From: Octopus bimaculoides | Lineage: Eukaryota | Reading direction: 5' to 3' | Assembly (NCBI RefSeq): GCF_001194135.2 | Contig: NC_068989.1 | Coordinates: forward strand, 80,880,849-80,944,848 | Length of the DNA: 64,000 bases | Part shown: positions 1-11,861 of the stretch, piece by piece | Numbering within the stretch: the stretch's first letter is position 1 | How the letters are laid out: every line of letters begins with the position of its first letter | Program-made: the position numbers and the translations under genes | The notes under the pieces: generated by a model | Database searches by the model: none | What the model was told of the DNA's origin: nothing | Seen by the model: only the letters and a program-made list of their open reading frames with translations

Positions 1-92
1 AACTCCAGGTCAGTTGATGCTTTGTAAGTAAGTGAATTTGTAAGGTGGAATCTGTAGGGACGCCTATCATAGTGTGTGCGTGTGTATGTGTA

Positions 93-128
<36 letters not shown>

Positions 129-452
129 TGTTTCACCACCACTTGACAACTGGTGCTGGTTTATCTATGTCCACCTAACATAGTAGTTTGGCAAAAGAAA
201 CTGAGAAAACAAGTACCAGACTTAAACATTAGAACTAGGGTCAATTTGTTTTGACTAAAACCTTCATGATGGTGTCCCAATATGGCCACAGTTCAATGGC
301 TGATACACAGAGAGTCACAATGTAACTCCAAAATCACAGAAGTTCAGTTCGTGTTCCACCCTCAGTCCGCCACAACCAAGAATATAAGTAGTTTAATGCT
401 AAAGGGTTAAATAGCTAGTTGAAGGGCTGGCTTTTCTGTTTCTTCAATTGTA

Positions 453-835
453 GGCGCAGGTGTGGCAAGAAGCTTGCTTCCCAACCACGTGGTTCTGGGT
501 CAAGTCCTATTGCTTGGCACCTTGGGTAAGTGTCTTCTACTATAGCCTTGGGCCAACCAAAGCCTTGTGAGTGCATTTGGTAGACAAAAACTAAAAGAAG
601 TCGATTCTGTGTGTGTATGTGAGTGTGAGTTTGTCCACCACCACCACCACTTAACAATTGGTATTGGTGAGTTTACATCCCCATGACTTAGCAGTTCAGC
701 CATAGAAACTGATAGAATAAGTACCAGGCTTGAAAAACAAAGTACTGGGGTCGATCCATTTGACTAAAAAGTCTTCAAGGCAATGCCCCAGCATGGCCAC
801 AGTCTAATGCCTCAAACAAATAAAAAATAAAAAGG
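453..835 (+). mobile_element. CORE-type SINE family C (older copy)
   Basis: GGCGCAGGTGTGGC head, GGCACCTTGGGTAAGTGTCTTCTAC CORE-like block, internal (TG)n, GGGGTCGAT...CCAGCATGGCCACAGTC tail. Confidence 0.8.
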
Positions 836-1082
836 TAAAAGCTAGTATGTCCAAAAACCCAATACAATTTACTGCTACCCTAATTAACATAAATGTGGAC
901 ATTAGTCAAACAGGATATAAACAAAAAAAGAAAGAAGGAGTGTTTGTATGTGTTCAGTATTGTTATTGTATTGGTTGTTTCAGGTGGTGACAGGTCTAGC
1001 TATTGTATGTTTACTACATCAATATGTATGAGATAAATATCTTTATTTGAATAATGGTGTGTATATATATGTGTATATATAC

Positions 1083-1291
1083 TTGTGGATGACAAAGATG
1101 GAGTAATGATACCAAGGAGAAGATTTGGAAGGCCCTGGTAGACTGCACAGTAGTAGCACAAATCTGCTGTGTGAGGTGAACAGTGAGGGTTACTTCTGAG
1201 TATATGAAATCCCCAGACACTGAGGATGGGAACCACTCATCATTGTACAAGAAGGGTTGATCATTTCCAGTCTTTCTTCCATGCGTAAGTA
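1083..1291 (-). CDS. Candidate internal exon, 69 open codons (LTHGRKTGNDQPFLYNDEWF...HPQ)
   Basis: Acceptor gctgttctaccag| and donor CAA|GTATAT. Phase-1 frame open throughout, in a unique GC-richer island. No recognisable homology. Confidence 0.25.
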
Positions 1292-1490
1292 CTGGTAGAA
1301 CAGCATATATAGGATAAAATCCTTACAGTGCAGAAAAATCTGTGGTTGCTGACAAATTTTTCTGCTCTGTGAGGATTTTATCTTATATATACTGTTCTAT
1401 CAGTACTTACGTGTGGAAAAATATCTTTCTACTCATTCTACACTACATTTCAGCACTTCAAAAACAAACTTATGTTTGTTTACATATGAC

Positions 1491-1541
<51 letters not shown>

Positions 1542-2309
1542 NNNNNNNNNNNNNNNNNNNNNNNNNNNNNNNNNNNNNNNNNNNNNNNNNNNNNNNNNNN
1601 NNNNNNNNNNNNNNNNNNNNNNNNNNNNNNNNNNNNNNNNNNNNNNNNNNNNNNNNNNNNNNNNNNNNNNNNNNNNNNNNNNNNNNNNNNNNNNNNNNNN
1701 NNNNNNNNNNNNNNNNNNNNNNNNNNNNNNNNNNNNNNNNNNNNNNNNNNNNNNNNNNNNNNNNNNNNNNNNNNNNNNNNNNNNNNNNNNNNNNNNNNNN
1801 NNNNNNNNNNNNNNNNNNNNNNNNNNNNNNNNNNNNNNNNNNNNNNNNNNNNNNNNNNNNNNNNNNNNNNNNNNNNNNNNNNNNNNNNNNNNNNNNNNNN
1901 NNNNNNNNNNNNNNNNNNNNNNNNNNNNNNNNNNNNNNNNNNNNNNNNNNNNNNNNNNNNNNNNNNNNNNNNNNNNNNNNNNNNNNNNNNNNNNNNNNNN
2001 NNNNNNNNNNNNNNNNNNNNNNNNNNNNNNNNNNNNNNNNNNNNNNNNNNNNNNNNNNNNNNNNNNNNNNNNNNNNNNNNNNNNNNNNNNNNNNNNNNNN
2101 NNNNNNNNNNNNNNNNNNNNNNNNNNNNNNNNNNNNNNNNNNNNNNNNNNNNNNNNNNNNNNNNNNNNNNNNNNNNNNNNNNNNNNNNNNNNNNNNNNNN
2201 NNNNNNNNNNNNNNNNNNNNNNNNNNNNNNNNNNNNNNNNNNNNNNNNNNNNNNNNNNNNNNNNNNNNNNNNNNNNNNNNNNNNNNNNNNNNNNNNNNNN
2301 NNNNNNNNN

Positions 2310-2310
<1 letters not shown>
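1542..2310. other. Assembly gap flanked by (TA)n
   Basis: N run. Other gaps: 10549-11176, 38870-38917, 43479-44073, 50527-50610, 55180-~55731, 61883-62101, 62872-63257. Confidence 1.
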
Positions 2311-2341
<31 letters not shown>

Positions 2342-3026
2342 GCAATAAGAAAATGGAGGGGACTATGTGGTACTCATCAACTTGCAGACATTGTATTATG
2401 TCAATTTACCTATTTATTTTTCAACAAAGAGGACAATAAAAACAATAAACAAACACATATGACATATTATGTTATATCAGTAATTAAAAATTAAAAAGGA
2501 CATCTAGTGACCGAAGAAGGGACTATGTCATATTTAGCTATGAGAAAATATTACCATAATTGGAAACAAGTGAGGATTGATAACAGGAAAACATCCAGTC
2601 AGACAAATTCTGCCTCAGCAAAATCTGGCCCATGCAAACAGAGAAAAGTGGACGTTAAACGAGGATTGCAAACAAACACACAGACACATGTATCAACCTT
2701 TTACATGCTGGCATGGGTTGGATGGATCTCAGCATCACGCCATCTGTCTGACGCAGTTCTTAGTCATCTAGTATGCATACACAAAATAGAGAAAATCTGC
2801 CAATTTGAGTGAATGTGTGAGTGCAGGAAGTTAAATGAATCAACTTCAGTGTTTCACTTGTGGTTTTTCTTGTGGCTGCTTTTTTCTTTCTTTTTTTTTT
2901 TTTGTAACCATGGCAATATACAAACCCAAAATGTCGAGATAAAACTAAATATGAATGGCACGTCAATAGGCTTGCCAACTCATTCATTTATTTTTACGTC
3001 TTTTTCCATGCTAGCATGGATTAGAT

Positions 3027-3254
3027 CAGGGGTTTTCAAACTGTGGTCCGCAAGGACAAGACAGGGGGTCCGTGGACAGCAAATACTTTTTATGGGCAAT
3101 TTGATTTTGTATATGTTTTTTAATCAAAATCTTTAATCGAAATGTAAAAATATGTTATTTTAAGCAAATATTTATGTATAAATTTCATAAGCGTTTATAA
3201 GGTAAAGCCTGAAATATAAAGGGGTACGCAAGTCAAAAAGTTTGAAAACCCCTG
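3027..3254. mobile_element. hAT (Charlie-like) MITE, 228 bp
   Basis: Perfect 16-bp TIR CAGGGGTTTTCAAACT and perfect 8-bp TSD GATTAGAT; inserted in a family E copy. Confidence 0.92.
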
Positions 3255-3839
3255 GATTAGATGAATATATTATTGAGGCACTGTTTATAGCCAGATGCCT
3301 TTCCTGTCACTCAACCGTAACTACTTTTCAAATAAGGAACACCTTATTTAATATGTCTTCCAAGTAAGCAGATGATCTGTTGGCAAAGTGACAGCAACAA
3401 TGCCCATAACTCACAACTTTCATAGAGCTGTGTATGTGCTTGTGTTTGCATATACCCTTGTCTAGATATCACATGACTTTTGTAAATAACAATAAAGGTT
3501 CAATACAACCCAGCCTGAAGAAACAGCTAAACACTTTAAGAATACCTTACCATCTTAGTGTGCTGCAAAAATCGTCTTTACTTACAAACTGCACACATAC
3601 TGGTATAAAGTACTGTCTGTCTGAGGTCCATGTAGTGACATGACAGAGCGCAAAATCCCTGGTAAACACAATATCTTCGATATACATCACGATATTGGAT
3701 ACTGTGTGATGACTTCAATAATAATAATAATAATAATCTTTTCTATTATAAGCAAAAGGCCTGAAATATTAAAGAGGGGCCTAGTACTTGACTGGTACTT
3801 ATTTTATTGATCCCCCAAAAGGAGGAGAACAACGATAAT

Positions 3840-3950
3840 AATTTTGCGGGAAGAGACCCTGTGAGACCCCTGATAACAGATTGCTGTCCACTCTCACAGA
3901 ATCAACCGGACCAAGTAAGACTGAGAACTCTGAGAAAAAAAAGAAAAAAA
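3840..3950 (+). mobile_element. 5'-truncated copy of the same R4/Dong-like 3' end
   Basis: ATTTTGCGG (ILR) followed by GAGACCCTGTGAGACC...CTCTCACAGAATCAACCGGA...CTCTGAGAA, homologous to 32364-32455. Confidence 0.55.
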
Positions 3951-4622
3951 ATGCTTTCAAATTTTGGCACAAGGCCAGCAATTTCAGAGAAGGGGGTAAG
4001 TCGAGTACATCAACCCCGGCACTCAACTGGTACTTTTGACCCTGAAAGTCGACTTTGGCGAAATTTGAACTCATAATGTAAAGGCAGATGAAATGCCACA
4101 AAGCATTTCGCCCAGCATGCTAACGGTTTTGCCAGCTCACTGCCTTCTTAATAATAAATACTAATAATAATAATAATAATCCTTTTTAGTGGAAGCACAC
4201 GGCCTCAAATTTGGGGGGGGGGGAGGAGATTGGTCGATTAGATCGACCCCCAGTATTCAACTGGTACTTAATTTATTGACCCCGAAAGGATGTAAGGTGA
4301 AGTCGACCTCAGCAGAATTTGAACTCAAAACATAGCAGCAGACAAAATACTGCTAAGCATTTCGCCCATCATGCTAACGATTCTGTCAGCTTGCCACTGA
4401 CGACGATAATCCTTTCTTCTTTAGGCACAGGGCTTGAAATCTGGGGTGGGGGCTAGTTGATTACATCAACTCCAGTGGTCAGCTGGTACTTATTTTATCA
4501 ACCCCGAAAAGGATGAATGGCAAAGTCAACCCTTGGCAGAATTTGAACTCAGAATGTACAGATGGACAAAATGCCACTAAACATTTGTCCATCATGCAAA
4601 TGATTCCGCCAGCTCACCACCG
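3945..4622 (-). mobile_element. Three head-to-tail copies of tRNA-like SINE family D separated by (TAA)n-rich spacers
   Basis: Each carries GAGCTGGCAGAA (A box), GAGTTCAAATT (B box) and the GTCGACTTTGCCTTTCATCCTTTCGGGGTCGAT...AAGTACCAGT core. Confidence 0.8.
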
Positions 4623-4649
4623 TAATTATAATATTAAATAAGACACATT

Positions 4650-5037
4650 AAGGCGGCGAGCTGGCAGAAACGTTAGCACGCCGGGCGAAAGGCTTATCAG
4701 TATTTCGTCTGCTGTTACGTTCTGAGTTCAAATTCCGCCGAGGTCGACTTTGCCTTTCATCCTTTCGGGGTCGATTAAATAAGTACCAGTTACGCACTGG
4801 GGTCGATGTAATCGACCTACCCTCTTTGTCTGTCCCCTCTATGTTTAGCCCCCTGTGGGCAGTAAAGAAATAGGTATTTCGTCCATCTTTACATTCTGGG
4901 TTCAAACGCCACCAGGGTCGACTTTGCCTTTCATCCTTTCAGGGTCAATAAACCAACTACCAGTTACACACTGGGATCAATGTAATCGACTCATCCCCTC
5001 CCCAAAAATTTCAGGCCTTGTGCCAATAGTAGAAAGG
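4650..5037 (+). mobile_element. Composite D1+D2 SINE flanked by one 17-bp TSD
   Basis: ATTAAATAAGACACATT at 4633-4649 and 5038-5054. Full D1 unit followed by a head-truncated D2 unit. Confidence 0.85.
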
Positions 5038-7752
5038 ATTAAATAAGACACATTGCAGTACAATGCAAACAACATTTTTCTTCATAAATAAATAAATAGA
5101 GAGAAAAGAAAAAAGAAAAATTTTCACTTGAAAATATGTTAAGTAAATTATCAACTTCTGGTCAAAGACATGACAAAGAAAACTAAAACTGGTTTTGAAG
5201 TTGTATTTTCTCACACACCCACTATCTAAAGCTAGATCTGTCTACACGTGATCCTAGAAAATGCCACAGTATTTTTGTTTTTCCTATGAAAAAAAATTAG
5301 AGGAAGGACAGAGAGAGGGTGATTACGAGTGTAACTCACAACCGAGTGAGTCATTCAATTTAGAATTTGAAGTGATTACAGAGAACACAGTGGAACAAGA
5401 TGGCACCTATGTAATATGAGAGACTGTGACCTGGTTTTGATACTAGGTCTATATTTATATTTTTGAGAGTTAGGGTAGTACTCATGACCTTTTTGGGGGC
5501 CTCAAAGACTGGTGGGAATGAGGAAGGATAAAGCTATATGCAAACTTGAAACCTGATCAAAATGCTTGTCACAAAACGGATTCTGCTAAAGGCAACCAAG
5601 AGCCTGGTGTTGGTGGTGTTGGATATTGTTTAAGAGCAGGTATGGCTATGTGGTAATGAAACTTGCTTCCTGACCACATCATTTCAGGTTCAGTCCCACT
5701 GTGTGGCATCCTGGGCAAGGTTTTTTTGTTTTTTTGTTTTTTTTTTGTTTTTTTTACTATAGTTTCAGGCCAACCAAAATCTTGGATTCGGTAGACAGAA
5801 ACTGAAAAGAAGAGTGTGAGTGACAAGGGAGTGTCTACACAACTTGGACAGAATAAACACCAGAAAGTACTTTTGTTTGAATATACCAGTTTACAGGTTT
5901 TATAGCTAAAGTGTATATCTTTCACCAATACACATACATAACAGGTGTGGCTGTGTGGTAAGAAGTTTGTTTCCCAACCACATGGTACCAGGTTCACTCC
6001 CACTGCATGGCAACTTGGACAAGTGCCTTCAACTACCGCCTTGGGCCGACATGGTTTAGACCGACACATCAACCCCAGTGCACATTTTCAGAGCCTGGCA
6101 CTTACTGTATCAGACTCTGATGCTGAACTACTAAGTTACAGAGATGTAATCAAACCAACACCAGTTATCAAATGGTGTTGGAGATGAAACAAACCCAAGA
6201 ACACACATAACAAGCTACCACACAGTTTCCATCTACAAATTCATTCACAAGGTATTAGTTGGACCAGGGCTACAAAAGAAGACACTTATCCAAGTGTTAC
6301 ACAGTGGGACAACTCAAAACCACTTTATTGCAAAACGAGCTTCTTAATTACAAAGCTATGTTTTCACAGTATATTGTTAACACTTATTGTTTTCCAAGTA
6401 ACTCAGAATATAATCCTGTTTGCCAATGTAAGAATTTCTCTTGTGACAACTATGCAGCAAAGTTTGTTCATATAGAACATGCATGTCTAAGTGGGAATAA
6501 ATATTATGAATTGGTTTTAATATTACCTCCAACACTAATGTATATTTTTTAACAAGCTAACTGGCTAATCACAACACCAGTGCCTGTTTTGGTAGGGTCA
6601 ATCTATACATTGCTGGCAGGGAGATGATTCACTGCTGTCTCTAGCACTGAGTGTCCATCACTGATAAGACCAAACAAGGTTGAAATCACATGATCTGATG
6701 GTCTTAGTACTGGATGTAGTAGGGATTTATCTCCCTGCTAGTAATATAAACAAGAGTGCATTTTGCACAAAAAAAAAAAAAAAAAAAAAAAAAGCCAATG
6801 TGAGAGTTTCTCATGATAAATACCGTAGTATAATTTGTTCTAAGAGAACATCTACATTTAAGTAGGGATAAATATTACCTCTTAGTAGTAATACTGCCTC
6901 TGTTGCTAAGGTATATTCATTCAACATTACCAAAAATAAAAATTAAAAAAGCATACACAAGTTCAAGACTATTTCACTCAATCTAGCTCTCTTGCTAAAT
7001 CCCATTATCTTCAAACATCATCCTTTCTTTAGATAATAATGGTATTTAAATGATAGCAAAATAACTGAAGATGTTTTATTAGATAACATTCGAAATTTTG
7101 TGTATGTGTGATAGTACCACAGAAGTTTTTAAGGGTTTTACACACACACACACACACACATACACATATATATATATATATATATATAAACACATTTAGT
7201 AGAAACTTTTAAGTGGTGCCTTCTTATGTATGTGTGTGTGTGTGAGTGTGGTATGGTGTTGAGGGTGCTTGCACACATATAAGTATAAATTATTTCATAA
7301 CTATAGATGCAGTGCAACACAAATATGTGTAATAATGGCGGTTGAAGACAACACAGTATTTTGTGTTCCAACACAACATCCACTTTTAAGTGGGGATTAA
7401 TATTACTTTTGGTATTAATACTGCTTCTGTTGCTATCAATCATCTAACACTGGTTTGTTAAACAGTTTGAAACTACTAAATTTAGTTCTTTCTAATTTTG
7501 GCATAAGGCTAACTATTCTGATGGGTGGGGCCAATCAGTTGCACCAGCCTCCAGTACTTGACTTGTACTTTTATTTTATCAACCCTGAAAGGATGAAAGG
7601 CAAAGTTAACCTCAGCACAATTTGAGCTCTGAAAGTAAAAGAGCCAGAGGAATTGCAGCTGAGCATCTTCTCCGATGCTAACGATTCTGTCAGCTTGCTA
7701 CCTTGAAACTACTAAAAATAATGCTTCCATATAACAGATTTCTACCTCATTT

Positions 7753-7885
<133 letters not shown>

Positions 7886-8595
7886 TGTGACTGAGATGTG
7901 AGGAGTCTTTTTGAGGTGGCAAAGTGTAATTTCTGCAAAGTGCATTCAACATTCCAATGAGCTGTTCCCGTTGTAGATATAGATCAGTTGAAATCAGTAC
8001 AGTGAATTTCAATGTTTTCTATCTGTGAGTTTCTTTTATTTTGTTTTGTGTTTCTCCTTTCCTTTGTAATGCAATGCCTCATGGTGAGTGAGGGATTAGG
8101 GTATAGACTCTCAAAGGATAATAGCATTAATATAAGATTACCAGTCTTACTAGACACAATCAGCACCACCAACACTACCATGCCATCTTTTAGAAAGAAA
8201 CATGTGAAAGTTATTGGAGTAAAGTCAGAAGAGATTAGAGGTTACTATGACTGTGTTTGTACTACTGACTTTAAACTATTTCTTCTTCTATCATACCAAG
8301 ACAGTGGTGAAAATGAGAGCAGAAGATATCTGAGTATACATACAACATTATTACCTTACTTGTATATTTCCAGTCTCCACCTCCATCATCACCAGCATCA
8401 TCATTTAATGTCCATGTTACCTGTTTCATGCTGGCATGGGTTGGATGGTTTGACAGGATTCAATGGGCCCAAGGACTGCATTATGTTTCAGTGTCTGCTT
8501 TGGCATGGTTTCTATGGCTGGATGCCCTTCATAATGCCAACCACATAACAGCAGGTACTGGGGGGGAGGGGGCTTTTTTGTACCACCAGCACCGT

Positions 8596-8964
8596 GTTGG
8601 CACTCTGTCGGTTACGACGACGAGGGTTCCATTTGATCCGATCAACGGAACGGCCTGCTTGTGAAATTAACGTGCAAGTGGCTGAGCACTCCACAGACAC
8701 GTGTACCCTTAATGTAGTTCTCGGGGATATTCAGTGTGACAAGGCTGACCCCTTGAATTACAGGCACAACAGAAACAGGAAGTAAGAGTGAGAGAAAGTT
8801 GTGGTGAAAGAGTACAGCAGGGTTCGCCACCATCCCCTGTCAGAGCCTCGTGGAGCTTTAGGTGTTTTCGCTCAATAAACACTCACAACGCCCGGTCTGG
8901 AAATCGAAACCGTGGTCCTATGACCGCGAGTCCACTGCCCTAACCACTGGGCCATTGCGCCTCC
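8596..8964 (-). mobile_element. tRNA-Arg-derived SINE family A (OR-type), full length
   Basis: Head GGAGGCGCAATGGCCCAGTGG (A box) ... GTTTCGATTTCC (B box), TCG anticodon position, tail GTGCCAAC. Near-identical to six other copies in the window. Confidence 0.9.
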
Positions 8965-10391
8965 ACTCCACCAGCACTATTAAGGTTACAATGCAGCTCA
9001 CAAGACTTTGACCAGAGTGGTGTGGTGATGGTGGTGGTGGGCAACTTTATGGTAGAAGAATAATTAGAGAGAGGGAAAGTATAAGAGAAAAGGATTGAAG
9101 CACAACAGGTCTTTTACTGTAGAAGAGCTACGTGACTACAAACATTTAACCAAAGAAGGTGGGGGGGATGACTGGGTGGAACTGGAAAAGCAATATAAGT
9201 GGTGATGTAGAATCAGAAGTTTGTTTCTCAACCACATGGTTTGGGGTTCAGTCCCACTGCATGGCACCTTGGGTAAGAGTCTTCTATTATAGCCTCAGTC
9301 CGACCAGAGCTTTGAGAATGGATTTCGAAGATAGAAACAGAAAAAAGTCCATCATATTTTTGTATATGGTATGTTTGTGTGTCTATGCATGCACGCGCGC
9401 CACACAGTGGGACTGAACCCAAGAGCATATGTTTGGAAAACAAGCTTCTTAACCATGATGCCATGCCTGTGTATTACACACAAACAGTTACACATAATTC
9501 TGTGACAAATATATCAGATTCTATACACTTCAACACAAGTCCTTTCATGTCTTTGGTACCACTGCTTTCGTATACTTGACTACTGTGCAAACAGGGATAT
9601 TTATTAGTAATCCTCTACCTCAAGTTTCTACAGATTACATATGCCAGTTCACTTTACTAGTCACCAAAGATATGATCTCTTCTCTTCTGATCTTTTTCTG
9701 AATGCCCTTAACCTAACCTAACCACAAACATAAATCCTAGGTGCAGCTTTAGCATAAACTTACTTCCCGGAGTTCATTTTCATTATTCATCACCACCACC
9801 ACCACCACCACCGTCCCAGTTGCTAACATTCCAAACACTACCACCTTAGGAACAGGAAGGAGATAGATAGGAATAATGGTAAAATCTTGAGAGCAGATGC
9901 TTATTTACTCCCCCAGGCTAGCACTGTCTAACAGAGATTATTTTCATTCAAACTTTACTGTTATTTATATACCTAATTCACACGTACACCACAAAGAAAA
10001 AACAGAAAATTTTCCATTATGTAACAAAAACAATTTAGATGTCTACAATATTCCAAATGTTTCTTAAAAAAATTTACTGGTTTTTCGTAGACTAAAATCC
10101 ATGCAATAAATTACTGTTCCAAAATACCTATAATTCGTCCATATTGCCAGATGGTAACATTCTATCATGTATTCTCTTAATGATATTTCTCTCGTATGTC
10201 ATCACATAATCAACATGATTAATTATCTAGCTACAGTTACAATATATAGTTATAAAATGTGTGTTGGCAGGTAATGATGCAGAGAAAGTGATGAAATAAA
10301 GCATTTCTGAAAGAATATTCAAGAGAAATCAACAAGGGAGAACTGAAATAAATCACTGGATCTGGATGGGATTTGAACTCGAAATGTAAAA

Positions 10392-10474
10392 GGGCATATG
10401 GCGTAGTGGTTAAGAGCATGGTCTACTAACTCCAAGATTCCGAGTTCGATTTGATTCCAGGCAGTGACCTGAAT

Positions 10475-10548
<74 letters not shown>
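10392..10548 (+). mobile_element. tRNA-like SINE head followed by (AAC)n running into a gap
   Basis: GGGCATATGGCGTAGTGGTTAAGAGC (A box) ... GAGTTCGATT (B box). A 5-nt duplication disrupts the T-arm, so this is not a tRNA gene. Confidence 0.65.
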
Positions 10549-11176
10549 NNNNNNNNNNNNNNNNNNNNNNNNNNNNNNNNNNNNNNNNNNNNNNNNNNNN
10601 NNNNNNNNNNNNNNNNNNNNNNNNNNNNNNNNNNNNNNNNNNNNNNNNNNNNNNNNNNNNNNNNNNNNNNNNNNNNNNNNNNNNNNNNNNNNNNNNNNNN
10701 NNNNNNNNNNNNNNNNNNNNNNNNNNNNNNNNNNNNNNNNNNNNNNNNNNNNNNNNNNNNNNNNNNNNNNNNNNNNNNNNNNNNNNNNNNNNNNNNNNNN
10801 NNNNNNNNNNNNNNNNNNNNNNNNNNNNNNNNNNNNNNNNNNNNNNNNNNNNNNNNNNNNNNNNNNNNNNNNNNNNNNNNNNNNNNNNNNNNNNNNNNNN
10901 NNNNNNNNNNNNNNNNNNNNNNNNNNNNNNNNNNNNNNNNNNNNNNNNNNNNNNNNNNNNNNNNNNNNNNNNNNNNNNNNNNNNNNNNNNNNNNNNNNNN
11001 NNNNNNNNNNNNNNNNNNNNNNNNNNNNNNNNNNNNNNNNNNNNNNNNNNNNNNNNNNNNNNNNNNNNNNNNNNNNNNNNNNNNNNNNNNNNNNNNNNNN
11101 NNNNNNNNNNNNNNNNNNNNNNNNNNNNNNNNNNNNNNNNNNNNNNNNNNNNNNNNNNNNNNNNNNNNNNNNNNNN

Positions 11177-11453
11177 CACGTGTACCCTTAACATAGTTCT
11201 CGAGGACATTCAGCGTGACACAGTGTGACAAGGCTAGCCCTTTGGATTACAGGCACAACAGAAACAGGAAGTAAGAGTGAGAGAAAGTTGTGGTGAAAGA
11301 GTACAGCAGGGTTCGCTACCATCCCTTGCCGGAGCCTTGTGGAGCTTTAGGTGTTTTCGCTCAATAAACACTCACAACGCCCGGTCTGGGAATTGAAACT
11401 GCGATCCTATGACCGCGAGTCCTCTGCCCTAACCACTGGGCCATTGCGCCTCC
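11177..11453 (-). mobile_element. SINE family A, 3' part lost in gap
   Basis: Aligns by eye to 8698-8964. Confidence 0.9.
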
Positions 11454-11810
11454 ATAGAACTATATAAATATAAATAAAACAAAAACAATAACAAAGTGAT
11501 GTAAAAAGAGAAAGGTAAGAAAAAGATAAAAAGAGGTTATTAGAAGGCAATATTTAAATGGAGGACACAAATTTAGGCACAGACATGGTACTCACAACAA
11601 ATAAGAAAGACAATAGAAAATTGTTAAAAAATACAAAAGTTTGGTAGTCAAATAGTGATGCAGGTTATGGGGTGGTTTTGTTTTTTTTGTTTAGCACATT
11701 AAAAAATATTATTTATTAAAAATATGAAACACAGAAAAACACAAAGCAAAAATAAACAATTATTATAAATTGTTATCCTCATCAACATCATCATTATTAC
11801 TACTATCATC

Positions 11811-11845
<35 letters not shown>

Positions 11846-11861
11846 CATCATCAAGGTGTCA

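Noticed and set aside
1342-2439. Long ORFs spanning N runs (also at 10319-11231, 43467-44093, 55038-55794, 61854-62241, 62775-63374)
   Set aside because: They are open only because N codons contain no stops.
7064-7100. CTGAAGATG...CGAAA as a fourth hammerhead
   Set aside because: Helix II does not abut GAAA, and no helix I or NUH triplet can be formed.
9764-9844. 81-nt minus-strand segment with strong splice-like sites
   Set aside because: The only open frame is poly-Val from a (GGT)n repeat, and its phase does not fit the neighbouring candidates.
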